The notes under the pieces were generated by a model. It was not told where the DNA came from. It was given only the letters and a program-made list of their open reading frames with translations, and searched no databases. Source: the human T2T-CHM13v2.0 reference genome, Homo sapiens. Taken from it: a stretch of 64,000 nucleotides of DNA. The first letter of the stretch is position 1, and each line of letters begins with the position of its first letter. Position numbers and translations under genes: made by a program. Of the stretch, positions 14,781-26,534 are shown piece by piece. The DNA lies in the NCBI RefSeq assembly GCF_009914755.1, contig NC_060928.1, one strand, 5' to 3'.

Positions 14781-17700
14781 AAAGATATTAATATTATTTA
14801 TAATTGTTTTATTTTATAGCTAAAAATTAGGATTATGTCAGTCAAATAATAGTCTAAAATCACATGACTAATAATAAGTGAAGCTGTGATTAGAATCCAA
14901 GTTAAATAACTTTAGATCCTCTGAGTGTAATCTCTGAATATACTAAATCTTTTTCTTCCAATAGTTCCCTTTTAGGCATTAATGTTCTTGAAATAAGAAA
15001 AGATGAACCATAAGAGACCCTAAAGGCGGTATATGTATTCCCTTTATTTCATTACTAGATGGTGTAAAAAGATTGTATGTTTAAGTTTTCTAATATAAAG
15101 TATTTTTCTCTTTCTTAAACTTTACAGTTTACAAAGACTTCTCTGATACCCCAAAACACATAAGCGTTGGCATGCCATTGCACTGGAGGAACCAGAATGC
15201 TGGGAGAATTAGAACAAGACTCTGTGAATTTCAACTAAGCTATTTGAGATGGAAATCAGCCCCTCCTAGTCATCTCTGGCCCCTTGGTCCTTATTAAGCA
15301 TCATGGTCTGAACACGCCATCAGTGATGTTTTTGAATTTGCCCAACTTACTGACAGATCCAGCACTTCCCCACTTCTGTCAACAGCACAGCAGAATTAAG
15401 AACTTGGGTTCTAAAAATCCATCTTTGTGTATACAGCTAATATCTTGATTAAGCCTCTTGGGGGAAGCTTGTATTACAGTATTACAGATATTTGCTAAAT
15501 AAGGTGAGTTGAATAAATACAAAAGACAGCCTAGTCCTTACCCTAAGAAGGACTTAGATTACCAGTTGATTTCTTTTTGTCTTTTTATCAAAGATAATTA
15601 CCAATAACAGTGACTTTTTTCAAGTCATGTGTGATAATGCATTTTTGTGAAATTTTGCTTTTATTAAGGGTGGTAGAAGGATGGTTCTTTCTTAATTCAG
15701 TAACTGCTTCAGCATAATTTAATACATATTTAGATGAAAAGTAGATATTTTCACAGCCCAGTGTTACATATAGAGATAATGAAATTGCTTTGCCATTAAA
15801 ATTTTGATTCAATTTCTCCCTGGAATGCATTAACAGAAAACCACTTTCATTTTTATAGTTGAAAGAAAAAGGCAATTTACTGTTGTGAAGTTTCAGGAGT
15901 ATTCCAAACCAGCATAATTCTGGAGCCTCCTAAACTCCCCACTAAGTAGAGAGAGTCTATGAATTTAAAACACTGGCCACTGGTATTGTGTTTTATCCTT
16001 AGAAATCTGCTTCTCATTATTATTTTCATGCCTACTGCACTGGCATTAAGATTACTTTTCTTCAAAAGAAAATGTAATAAATATTAATGGAATTACCAAA
16101 AAAGTTAATAAATGAGTTAATAAATAATAATATGATGTGCTTACTTGTTATTGAAACTCTAAGTTTCGAGAAACGGTATCATGAGGATGCCTGAAACAGC
16201 AGCCCCACACGTCAAATTCTAGAGCTACAGGAAAGGATGTTTCTCTATTCTCTTGAAATACAATGAATATTTCCCTGAGGTATGATGAATTATCCTACTA
16301 TGGAAGAGAAGGAAAGATTAGTCTAACCATTATACTGTATATCAATTCCAAAATAGGCCGCTGATATCTATTTTATGGTAAATGATATGTGTTACATAAA
16401 TTCTCAAATTTTAATTTCCTGTTACACTCATTGAAGTTTTGAAATTGAAAGTTCCATGGAGATTATCAAGCCCAGTTTTCTCATTTTAGAAAACTAGAGA
16501 GGTAAAGTGACTTAATCCAAGGTTAGAGAAAGCAAGAGAGTAGCAGAGGAGGCATAAGCATTTGTGCTCCAACTACTATTTTATATTCTCAGGAGAAAGA
16601 ATGTTACCTGCTAACTGTAACTCTTGGGTTATAAACATATGACATGGATCTCTGTGTAGTATTATGTATTCATGAATATCACACATAGATCAGAACAGGA
16701 CCCAAGACTCAAGGACCTAATCCCCAGTCTTCTACAATGAAGGAGAACTCAAATCACTTAAAGATAAGCAAATACAAATAATTTAAACTTTTATATTACC
16801 AATTTATTTTGAAGTACATGTATTCTACACATAGATAAAAGCAAAATAACAACTACATTATACAAATGTCATATTTTATATGTCCTTCAGAACAATATGC
16901 ATATTTCAAATATAATAATACAAAAAAACTACATTGTGAATACCATGTATACTATAAAACAGTTGTAAGTTTACATGAGGAGGTTTAATGATTTAGGGAA
17001 AAAGTTCACAATCATCCTCATAAGGCTTTAACCTAGGTTCAAGATTTTCTACTTAATATTCAAATTCTTTCATAGGACAATTGAGCAGACAGAAATAAGA
17101 AAGGTGAAATAAATCATTATCTTCTGAACTTAGACATGCAAAATGGTGCAGGAGGAAAGGAACTCTCAGGTGAAAAGAAATCGGAATGAAATGAGCATCA
17201 GTACTTTTTTTTAAGAAAGTTTCAGAAGAAAACTATGAAGATGCTAGCTTGATAATAAACATTGCTTATCCTTCTATTAATTAAAATTAGGCTGTAACTG
17301 TAGAGTGCACACATTCTGATCTATAGACTTAAACTACACACAATCAGCTATATCAATCTATTCATTTGTTTTTTATCTCCAGCTAGCAAAGTATTTAGTC
17401 AAATTAAATCTTGTTTTAAAGGGCTTCTCACTCTAAGATTTACTTTGGAGATTTGTCTTATACAGACTTCCAAATGAAAAACACTATTGCTTTCTATCTC
17501 TGTCAACTTTTATTCATTAAATATTTCTTCCTTAATGTGGTTATCAACATTTTACTATTTATAATTACTTCCTAACAATCACTGGAAATCATATATGAAG
17601 TTTATATTAAAGTTTCTGAGATAGTGCATTCTCTCCATAGTATTAGTCCAAGATTGTCCTGGAGAATGCTGATATTGTAAAACGTAAAGTACAAGAGAGA

Positions 17701-19380
17701 AATTGTTCATACAAATCAGTACAGCTTTGAATTCAAGCAATAATAAAAAGGAAAGACTTCATAGAGGTTAGCAGCTCTTAGAGGAAGGAAACACAAGTTC
17801 TCATTTGGGAGAGGGAATATTTGTGCTCCTGAAACAAGCAGAACCAATACTAGAGTAGGTGTCATCACCAAATCCAGATTCAAAGCCTTCCACACAAGAG
17901 CTGAAAGAATGGCCACACAACATCCATGAAATGAGATGAAACAAGTCCCTCAACAGAGCTAGGAATTCTGAGATTGTTCCATGAATTGTCAGTCTCACAG
18001 AGAATAAAAACCAGTTCATTAAAATGGGACATCCCAATCACATTTGCCAACTAAAATAACACACACAAATGAACAGAGAAGCCAAACCAAGTTACTGGTT
18101 TCATGAGAGTGTACAACATGAAGTCAGTTTTAAAGAGCAATGGCCACTTCTAGATTTTAGAACTTATCCTCTTTCTAGAACTACAGATATTTCCATCAGA
18201 GAGGGCTACCAAAAGCATTCTGCAACTTATTTTAAAATTAAATAAACAAACCCAGCTCTCCACCATCCCCCGCCTCCTGCGCCCTGCATCCCCCGCCCCA
18301 TGAGTTATAAATGTAGGTTTCTGGTAACCTACATCAGAGTGACACACTTATTTTAATTTGATGTTTGCTATTTGTAAATGCAATCTCATTTATGTTACAC
18401 TGTGGCAGCCATTCTCTGGAGGGCTGGATTAGTTGTGGATGTAAATACATTTATAATGTATTTTCCTTTTTACTTAAGTTTAAAATTTGAAGCAAGGAAA
18501 ATATCTAAACATAACTACGTCAAACATCATCTAGAGCTTCTTTTAAAAATTGCTCTGCCAACTTTAGAGAAACAATGACTGGCTGTATGCAAACACACTC
18601 TCAAAATGTGTTCTGAGCAGTTAGAAAATTATAATGTAAATTTACTCAGATTCCCAGAGAAACATTTAATTTAGGAAACAATAAGGACAAATACAAAATG
18701 TATTGTTTAAACAAAGAGGTGATTGATAAGGAGAACAGGAGAACAAGCCTCTAATGAACATAAACAGCAATACTTGAAAAACAATTGGCTACCTGGAATC
18801 TATGTTAAAGTCTGTTATATGAGTTAGAGTCTTTTCCCCTTAGAATCTCTGTTAGCATGTAAAATAGGTAACATTATAAACACTTCTCCAGAAGACTTTA
18901 TGAAAAGCCTGTCATTCTCAGGCTTCAACCTTAGACCATAAGAAATTATGTCTATTTATTTCCATTTGATCAATGTATTTGCATAGCAAGAAATGAGTGA
19001 TCTCACAATATACCCAAATAAAATTTGCCGATACAATAAAAGGAGGTACTAGATAAAATAATCAAGCATCAGTATGGACTAAATACTCTCAAAATAAGCA
19101 GGTAGATCCATTACAAACCCTTAATTACTTCAGTTTTTGTTCTGACATTTTTGATCCAAAGTGTTTCTCCTAGTTTTAACATTCTCTTGTGAAAACATTA
19201 CTGCAACTTACAAAAAGTTTATTTCATTAATCTTTCCTACCCTGAAAAACCTGGCTTCCTTCATGTCCATCCCAGAGTAACATTTCTCTGATCTCATTTC
19301 AGGTGCCTCTTACATTCACCTAAGACATTTTCATTGCAAAACAGAGAATTTTTAGAAGTCACTAAAAAGCACTCCCTTAC

Positions 19381-19480
19381 CTTCTAAACCTGCTTCAATC
19401 AGCCCAAACTGTTCCAATAATTTAACAAAAAGCACAATGACGATCAGAACTGCTATCATTTCAAGCCCTTCCAAGTTCAT
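19381..19480 (-). CDS. KCNIP4: KCNIP4 alternative first coding exon encoding the KIS domain of isoform KChIP4a (33 codons + 1 nt, phase-1 donor)
   Basis: Reverse complement reads accATG AAC TTG GAA GGG CTT GAA ATG ... GCA GGT TTA GAA G|gtaagg = MNLEGLEMIAVLIVIVLFVKLLEQFGLIEAGLE, which I recognise as the KChIP4a N-terminus (continues DSVEDELE in the next exon, outside the window). Kozak -3A and strong AAG|GTAAGG donor. Confidence 0.97.
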
Positions 19481-19486
19481 GGTCAG

Positions 19487-19552
19487 CTAGGTCATGGTCC
19501 GACCACAGCCACTGAGAAGTGCTCCTCTGCCTGGCTTTCTTTGTAAAGCCAT
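19487..19552 (-). CDS. Upstream ORF MALQRKPGRGALLSGCGRTMT* in the KChIP4a leader, in frame with the main ORF; includes nested ATG-ACC-TAG (19495-19487)
   Basis: Read directly: ttaATG GCT TTA CAA AGA ... CGG ACC ATG ACC TAG CTG ACC ATG(main). Translation not demonstrated. Confidence 0.5.
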   Translation of the reverse strand: MALQRKPGRGALLSGCGRTMT

Positions 19553-19601
19553 TAAACTACATTAAGAAGGCTACTGCTGGAGAAAGGGGAGGAGGAGAGC
19601 G

Positions 19602-19603
<2 letters not shown>

Positions 19604-19662
<59 letters not shown>

Positions 19663-19700
19663 CAGAGAGAGAGGGAGAGAGAGAGAGAAGGGAAAAGAGA
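19604..19700. repeat. (GA)n / (TC)n microsatellite between the CpG segment and the KIS exon
   Basis: gagagaga... with a few GACA/GG interruptions. Confidence 0.95.
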
Positions 19701-19779
19701 CTAGATGGAGATGGAGAGGCTGAGAAAAAGGGCGTGAGTGACAGAAAATGCATTCATCCTGTCTGCTGTAGCAGAGGCC

Positions 19780-20115
19780 AGAAGTAGCAGCCGGATAAAG
19801 TCGGGCCTGTCGGAATTATCGGCTTCCTCATTATCACTCTTGCACAGAGAGACAGCCACGCATGAAGTCGCGGCGCAGATCACCCGAGGACCCAGGAGGT
19901 CACCAGGAACGTCCCGAGGAAACATGAGGCCCGGCGCGGAGGAGATGGCTCTGCGCCCCGGGACTCTGCGCGCCGCGCCGCCGCCACCAGTGGCTTTGTT
20001 GGGCCGGCCAGTTGCCTTGGAAACAAGAGAACCCAAGCAAGGGCTGGACTCCTGCTGCAGACAGGGAGCAGAGCACCGCACCTTGAAATACGGAGAAAAA
20101 CCTGAAAACGCTGAG
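19780..20115. promoter_or_regulatory. CpG-rich island-like segment, probable promoter of the KChIP4a first exon
   Basis: Dense CpG/GC cluster (e.g. gtcgcggcgc, cccggcgcgg, gcgcgccgcgccgccgcc) in an otherwise CpG-depleted AT-rich window, 300-600 bp upstream of the ATG. Confidence 0.8.
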
Positions 20116-20799
20116 AGGTGGAGTGACAACTTGCATTCAGCTGTTTCAGAAACATTGTTGACCAGTAAGGAAAATCCAAATGTGTATTTTGTCCCAACTA
20201 GCTGAGTGCAGATTGCAACGAGGCTTAAGGGAGTCCTTCAATATTGACTTTCTTTCCCATGAGTCACCTTATCCGAAAGCTCAGTCACTGAGCACTAATA
20301 TTCTGGTTTGAGTAGTAACTATCATATCTTTTTGAAGCATGGGAATAATAAACTAATAAGTATTCATCATATTTGCATAGTATCTTAGAGTTTAGCAGCT
20401 ACCTCCTCTGCACTACTTCATACCATTCAATACACCAAAATATATACAGTATTTAATGTGTCCTTCTATCCTTTATAAATAATGATGTAAGTAAATTTGG
20501 AGCCAGGAAAAGTTTGAGAATAAAAAAAAAAATCTGAAAAAAAGCGGAAGTTTTTGTCTCTCTCTTGCACAAACTGTTTCATCTTTTTCTTTCCTCCTAA
20601 CACTGCCCAAATAGATTAGCTCCACAATGAAATACAGAATTTAAAAAAACTACAAGAGAGAGACAGCATCTTAGAAAGCCAATTAAAGTCTCCTATTTCA
20701 TAGATGAACAAGCTGAGGACTGAAGAGAGCAAAAGAAATGAGGCAAAAAGGCAGAGCAGGATAGAATGAAGGCATCCTTCACTTGGGGTTGGCTTTTGA

Positions 20800-21000
20800 G
20801 GCAGTGGAGTATAAGTTTAGAATATAAACTCCAGGGACAGACTGCTGGGATCTCTTACTAGCTGTATGACCTTAGGTAAGTTACTTAACATCTCAGTGTC
20901 TTAATGTCCTCATCTATGAAGAGAGGCATAATAGCACCTAGCTCATCACTCTGTTGAGGGAATTAATGAGTGACACTTTTAGAAAAGAGTGAGTGCTCAA
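20800..21000 (+). mobile_element. MIR
   Basis: cttactagctgtatgaccttaggtaagttacttaacatctcagtgtcttaatgtcctcatctatgaa (MIR core). Confidence 0.85.
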
Positions 21001-21099
21001 TCACTACCACCTCGGGTGCTTTTCACAAGTGTCTCCATGCTCTACTCAGACTTTGCTGGGTTGCCAGAGGAATCAATCTGGAGGAAGTGCAGTCCTCCT

Positions 21100-21600
21100 C
21101 TTATCATTCTCTTAATCAGAAACCTTCCATGGCTCCCTATTTGCCTACAGAACAAAGTTGAAGCTCCTTTGAAGAGCATCCTTTTCTCTCCGTGATCCGG
21201 TACCTCCTTGAGGATTGCACCTCAGTGGTCTTACTCCTGTCGATACACTCTACCTGACAGCTCAGCTTCCTTCACCCAAACTCATTCTGGGCTTTTCCAT
21301 TTCTAGGACTTTGCTAAAATTGCTCTATCTATTTAGAAAAACCTTCTTACACCATCTCTGCCTGTCAAGCTCTTAAAACTCTTTCATGGAAACTTCAACC
21401 AGAATTGGATCAAATCTCTCTTTTTTGTGTTTTTACGGTACTTTTCCTACTTATGATGTATTATATGATAGCCATATGGGTATACATTCTCTCCATTAAA
21501 GGGTAGGCTGCCAGAGGGCAGAGATCATGCCTTGCTAATCTAGATAGTCACTACTGTGCCTCCATGGAGGGCACTTCTTACTTCATAGATGTTTGCTGGA
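21100..21600 (+). mobile_element. Degenerate L2
   Basis: cagaaaccttccatggctccctatttgcctacagaacaaag...gagggcagagatcatgcc. Confidence 0.55.
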
Positions 21601-21928
21601 TAATAAAAGTCATCAATGATTAGGTGATTACTACACACCAGATGCTTTAATGCATTGCTCCTTCCTAGACATTCTAAAAGTAGGGATGATGATTTGCAGG
21701 TGTAACACTAGCCTCAGAGAACCTAAGTAGCAGGCTCAAGGTCACACAGCTGGTGAATGACGGAACCAAGCTTCAAATTCTGATGTGTTTAATGCAAAAC
21801 CCATTACTTCATCCCATTATCCAACAGGGCTTTAAATGAATTAAAAATCCAAATATTGGCACAAGTGCTTATCAGCATGGGGTGAAGGTTATACCCAAAA
21901 TGATCCCCCACACTGTTTTGTGACATTC

Positions 21929-22091
21929 TTTTTTTTGAGAGAGAGAGACAGGGTTTTGCTCTGTAGCCCAGGCTTGAGAGCAGTGGTGTGATCACAGCTC
22001 ACTGCAGCCTTAACCTCCAGAGCTCAAGTGATCTTCCTGTCTCAGCCTCCCAAAGTGCTGGGATTACATGCATGGGCTACCGCAACTGGCT
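21929..22091 (-). mobile_element. Monomeric Alu (FAM/FRAM-like or internally recombined AluJ)
   Basis: ~165 bp: left-arm start (cccagcactttggg) joined to a right-arm end (gcagtgagc...tgtctc, A tail). Confidence 0.85.
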
Positions 22092-22371
22092 GACACACTG
22101 TTTTAGCCATTAACTCCGGTAACTTTGGAACATGAAAAGCATCCAAACTAGTAGTTAATTAAACTCAAGGATCTTTCTTCCTCCTCATTCACAGGATTAA
22201 TATTACTTAAACACACACCACCTCGGAACTCAAAAGGGAGTTGTTTTTCTAGTACAGTGAACTCTGCAGAGCCCTTCAGCTTGCCTTATATATGAATGTC
22301 CATAGTCAAGTGCTTTGTGTTCACATTTAAAGTTGATGACCTGGGGCTGAGAAACATATGTAGGCAGGAAC

Positions 22372-22684
22372 TTTTTTTTTTTTTCTTGAGATGGTGTTTC
22401 ACTCTTGTTGCCCACATTGGAGTGCAATGGTGAGCGATCTCGGCTCACCGCAACCTCCGTCTCCTGGGTTCAAGCAATTCTCCTGCCTCAGCCTCCTGAG
22501 TAGCTGGGATTACAGGCATGCACCACCACACCCAGCTAATTTTGTATTTTTAGTAGAGACGGGGTTTCTCCATGTTGGTGAGGCTGGTTTTGAACTCCCG
22601 ACATCAGGTGATATGCCCACCTTGGACCCCCAAAGTCCTGGGATTACAGGCGTGAGCAACTGTGCCTGGCAACCGTGCCTGGCC
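22372..22684 (-). mobile_element. Full-length Alu (AluSp/Sq-like), TSD ggcaggaact
   Basis: tttcactcttgttgccc and gtgcaatgg diagnostics; ggcaggaact on both flanks. Confidence 0.95.
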
Positions 22685-22829
22685 GGCAGGAACTATTGAA
22701 GAGCATCAGAGTGAGAGTCCTTCCACTTGGTCTGGATGTCAAAATTACGGGTTCCTTTGCTGTTATGTTTTTCATCCCAAGGCCTGAGGGTTTTTCTTTT
22801 TTTAAATGTTTATGTCATTAGCTCCAGCC

Positions 22830-23192
22830 TTTGTATTTCCCTCTCTTGCAGTGCTTATCCCCATATCTTCCCATGAATAAGTGACTTGACTTAGGTCTTA
22901 GTTCCAAAATTCCTATCACAGAGAGGCCCTTTCTAACTGTACTATATAGAAAAACCTCCCTCACCTGGCCCTGGAATCACTACCCTCTGAACCAGTGTTA
23001 TTTTCCTCCAAAGCATTGTCACCACCTGGCATGTATATTTGTTTATTAAGTGTCTCCTTCTGCCAGAATTGCTACAATATAAACTCCTACCCATGAGGGT
23101 AGAGATTTTTGTTTGTCTTGTTCAATATAATATCCTCAATCCCAGAATGGTGCCTGGTGAATAAGAGGGAGTGAGTGGTTGTTGAATGAATA
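22830..23192 (+). mobile_element. L2 3' portion
   Basis: gagggtagagatttttgtttgtcttgttc...cccagaatggtgcctgg...gttgaatgaat. Confidence 0.7.
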
Positions 23193-24256
23193 ATCTGATT
23201 GATATTCTCACCTAAAAAGCTACCTGCTCTCTCACTGATCTGGCAGAGCCCAATTTCCTGTTACCAGCATGCCTCCTCTGCCTGGGGAGCCTGAGAGATT
23301 TCCATACTTTTTTTTTTAGGAAGTCCTATTCCTACTGCTTCTTTTTAAGGTGAGCCATGAGCACTGCATGCTCACACATATTAGCTGTGCTCTATCTTCA
23401 GCATTTAATGTGAATATGATTTGTGGTTCCTGCCCACGTGAACAATGAAAGCAATACAAGGAAGGCAGCCAAGAAGGTTGCCCTGCCCAAAATATCTTAA
23501 AATCACTGGTGTGGATGATAAGTACCTTGGATAGCATCCACTCTCATCCCTTCATTTTCAGCTAAAAGAACACTGCAGTCTAAATAAGTAAAGTTACTTA
23601 ACTACATATGCAACTCTTACCTTCAAGTCGCAGCGTGGATTCAAACTAAAATATTAATCCAATATATTTTCTTCCTGTAGGGCCTTGAATTCCCTTTTAA
23701 AAGAGAAATATTAAGAGCATCCAACAGAAAGAGGAAACCTAAATACTGGCTCCAAATCTTTGTCCTCGTTTGGATTACTTAAACTTGCTAAGCTTTGGTT
23801 TGCTGGTCTTCAAAATGAGGCCAATATCCCTCCTTCAGGGAAGTGTTGTGAGGATTAGGTGCAATAATATTTCTAAATGATACTTAATCTCCGTGGAGCA
23901 CATACGTTTTCAAGCAGTGGGCCTAACACATAGAATCTTCCTTTCTAAATACCCCTCTTTGAGGAAGAGAGGGGTTTACATTTCCATCTTATGGATGAGG
24001 AAACAAAGGCTTGTGAAGGACTAGTCAATTTCCCCCACATCCCAAAGCATCTGAAGCCAGTGGGGCTGATAGCTGCTTGCTGATGGTCATAACATTTTCC
24101 CATGTGTCTCATGTAACAGTGGCCAGGAATACCCAAAGCATTCAATGAAACAAACATCACCAGCATAAGTAACCCAACACTTGATAGTGACTTTTTAAAA
24201 GATTTCTCGCCCTTTCTGCATTAATGTTAGATACAAGAAAGTTCTGTGCCCCTGCC

Positions 24257-24289
<33 letters not shown>

Positions 24290-24290
24290 T
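24257..24290. repeat. (TG)n microsatellite
   Basis: Directly visible. Confidence 0.95.
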
Positions 24291-24974
24291 AGCAGATAAG
24301 TATGAAGCGGCAGTGAGAGAAAAGGGACACTGTTGTGACAGTTTGCCAAAATTTTCTTCTCTGCAATGCATTCTCACGTAACTACTGAGGAGGGTGAGAG
24401 GCTGTTTCAGGCGCCCCCATTTAAAGAAGTTTCTTCAAAGCAATTTTGGGGAGTCCTTCAGCTCAGGCTCTACTGCTGCATGAAGGTTATCTCTTGCCTG
24501 TCCCCAGAAAAATGAACGTGCTTAATTAGAGACACTCTTACTTTTGCACTTCAGAGCGTACCCCTAAAGTGCAGTTTATTCAAAATCACCAGTTAACTCA
24601 CAGTAATGAACCCATTTCTGCTTTGATTCCAGCAATATGGCTTTTGGAAGAAAAATAATGTTTATAAAATGAAAGATTAGTTTGCCCTTTGATGAACTGA
24701 GGCAGGGAACAAAGGGATTTTGGCACGTTATGTCTCTCTAGATTCCAGGCTGGGAAGGCTTTAAAGAGAAGAAGAGAAAGGGGGCGAACTTTCTCTACGC
24801 TTTCACCACAGAGTCCCAGTGAGTTGGCCTTCTCAAGACCTAACCTTCATTCAGTTTGTTTCTGATTGTTCATCTTTCATTCAATTGCTAAAGTTGTGGT
24901 CCAGGTACTATATAAGCCAGTATGAGTAATAAAAAGATGAATACCCATTTTTCCATGAGCTGATTATTAAGTAT

Positions 24975-25049
24975 TTCATACCTGTACAAAAATATCACTT
25001 GTAGCCCATAAATATATCTATGTACTCACAAAATTAAAAATTAAAAAAA
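24975..25049 (+). mobile_element. L1MA extreme 3' end fragment
   Basis: aaaatatcacttgtagcccataaatatatctatgtactcacaaaattaaaaattaaaaaaa. Confidence 0.65.
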
Positions 25050-25099
25050 TATATCCTTAGTCTTCACTAGCTTAAAATCTATTAAAAACAAAATTCAGA

Positions 25100-25310
25100 T
25101 GATAATAGCTCATGTGTGTAGAATAATCACTATCTGAGAGACTAGCACACGGAGCACTTTATATGGATTATTTCACTGTATCCTCTGTAAACCCTATGAG
25201 GCAGCTACTAATGCTATCTCCATTTTGCAAGGGGAAATTGAGGAATGGAGGCCTCATTGGGTTATACCAGGAAATATCCAGCTCGGGATTGAAACCCAAG
25301 TCTGACTCCA
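25100..25310 (-). mobile_element. MIR
   Basis: aaaccctatgaggcagctactaatgctatctccattttgcaag...gggattgaaacccaagtctgactcca. Confidence 0.75.
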
Positions 25311-25555
25311 GTGATCAAGAGATAATATTTTAGATGCCATTGAAAACACCTGAAATTCAAAGCAGCATCTGGTAAAAGTCTTTAAGAAAGTATGGAAAGT
25401 ACCATGAGATCAGGGAAAGCTGACAGGCTCTAATGGTAGTGGCAGGTAGGGGAATCGAACTAAGATCAGCTTTATAGAGATCACGTTGTGCTGATACTAT
25501 GTAGATACTAGGTGGTATTTTTCTTTTCATAGGAAAGGCAATGTATATTACATGA

Positions 25556-25890
<335 letters not shown>

Positions 25891-26101
25891 TTGCCAGAGA
25901 ATTTACCCAGAGCCTGAAAGAACAGTCAAAGCCCATCTCAAATCACTTGCCCAGGTGCTCCTGGAAAGTTTCTTCCCCTCATTTTTCAGACCATCTCCTA
26001 TTCTGGTGCGCAAAATCAGCATCAGTGACCTGCCTTTAACTTCCTTTGGCACTTACTTGATCCAAGAGAAGCCTGGCTGAATCTTAGGATTGAGTGAATA
26101 G

Positions 26102-26481
<380 letters not shown>

Positions 26482-26534
26482 TGAGAAATGCATTTCAATA
26501 ATAATGTGAAAAGACAATGAGCCGCATTTATGGC

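Noticed and set aside
19980-19996. CTCF-like gccaccagtggc
   Set aside because: Spacing is one base short of the CCACCAG(A/G)(T/G)GGC core; not supportable by eye.
19701-20129. 142-aa minus-strand ORF upstream of the KIS exon
   Set aside because: Non-ATG start in GC-rich promoter sequence, no homology to KChIP proteins, ends in the TC repeat.
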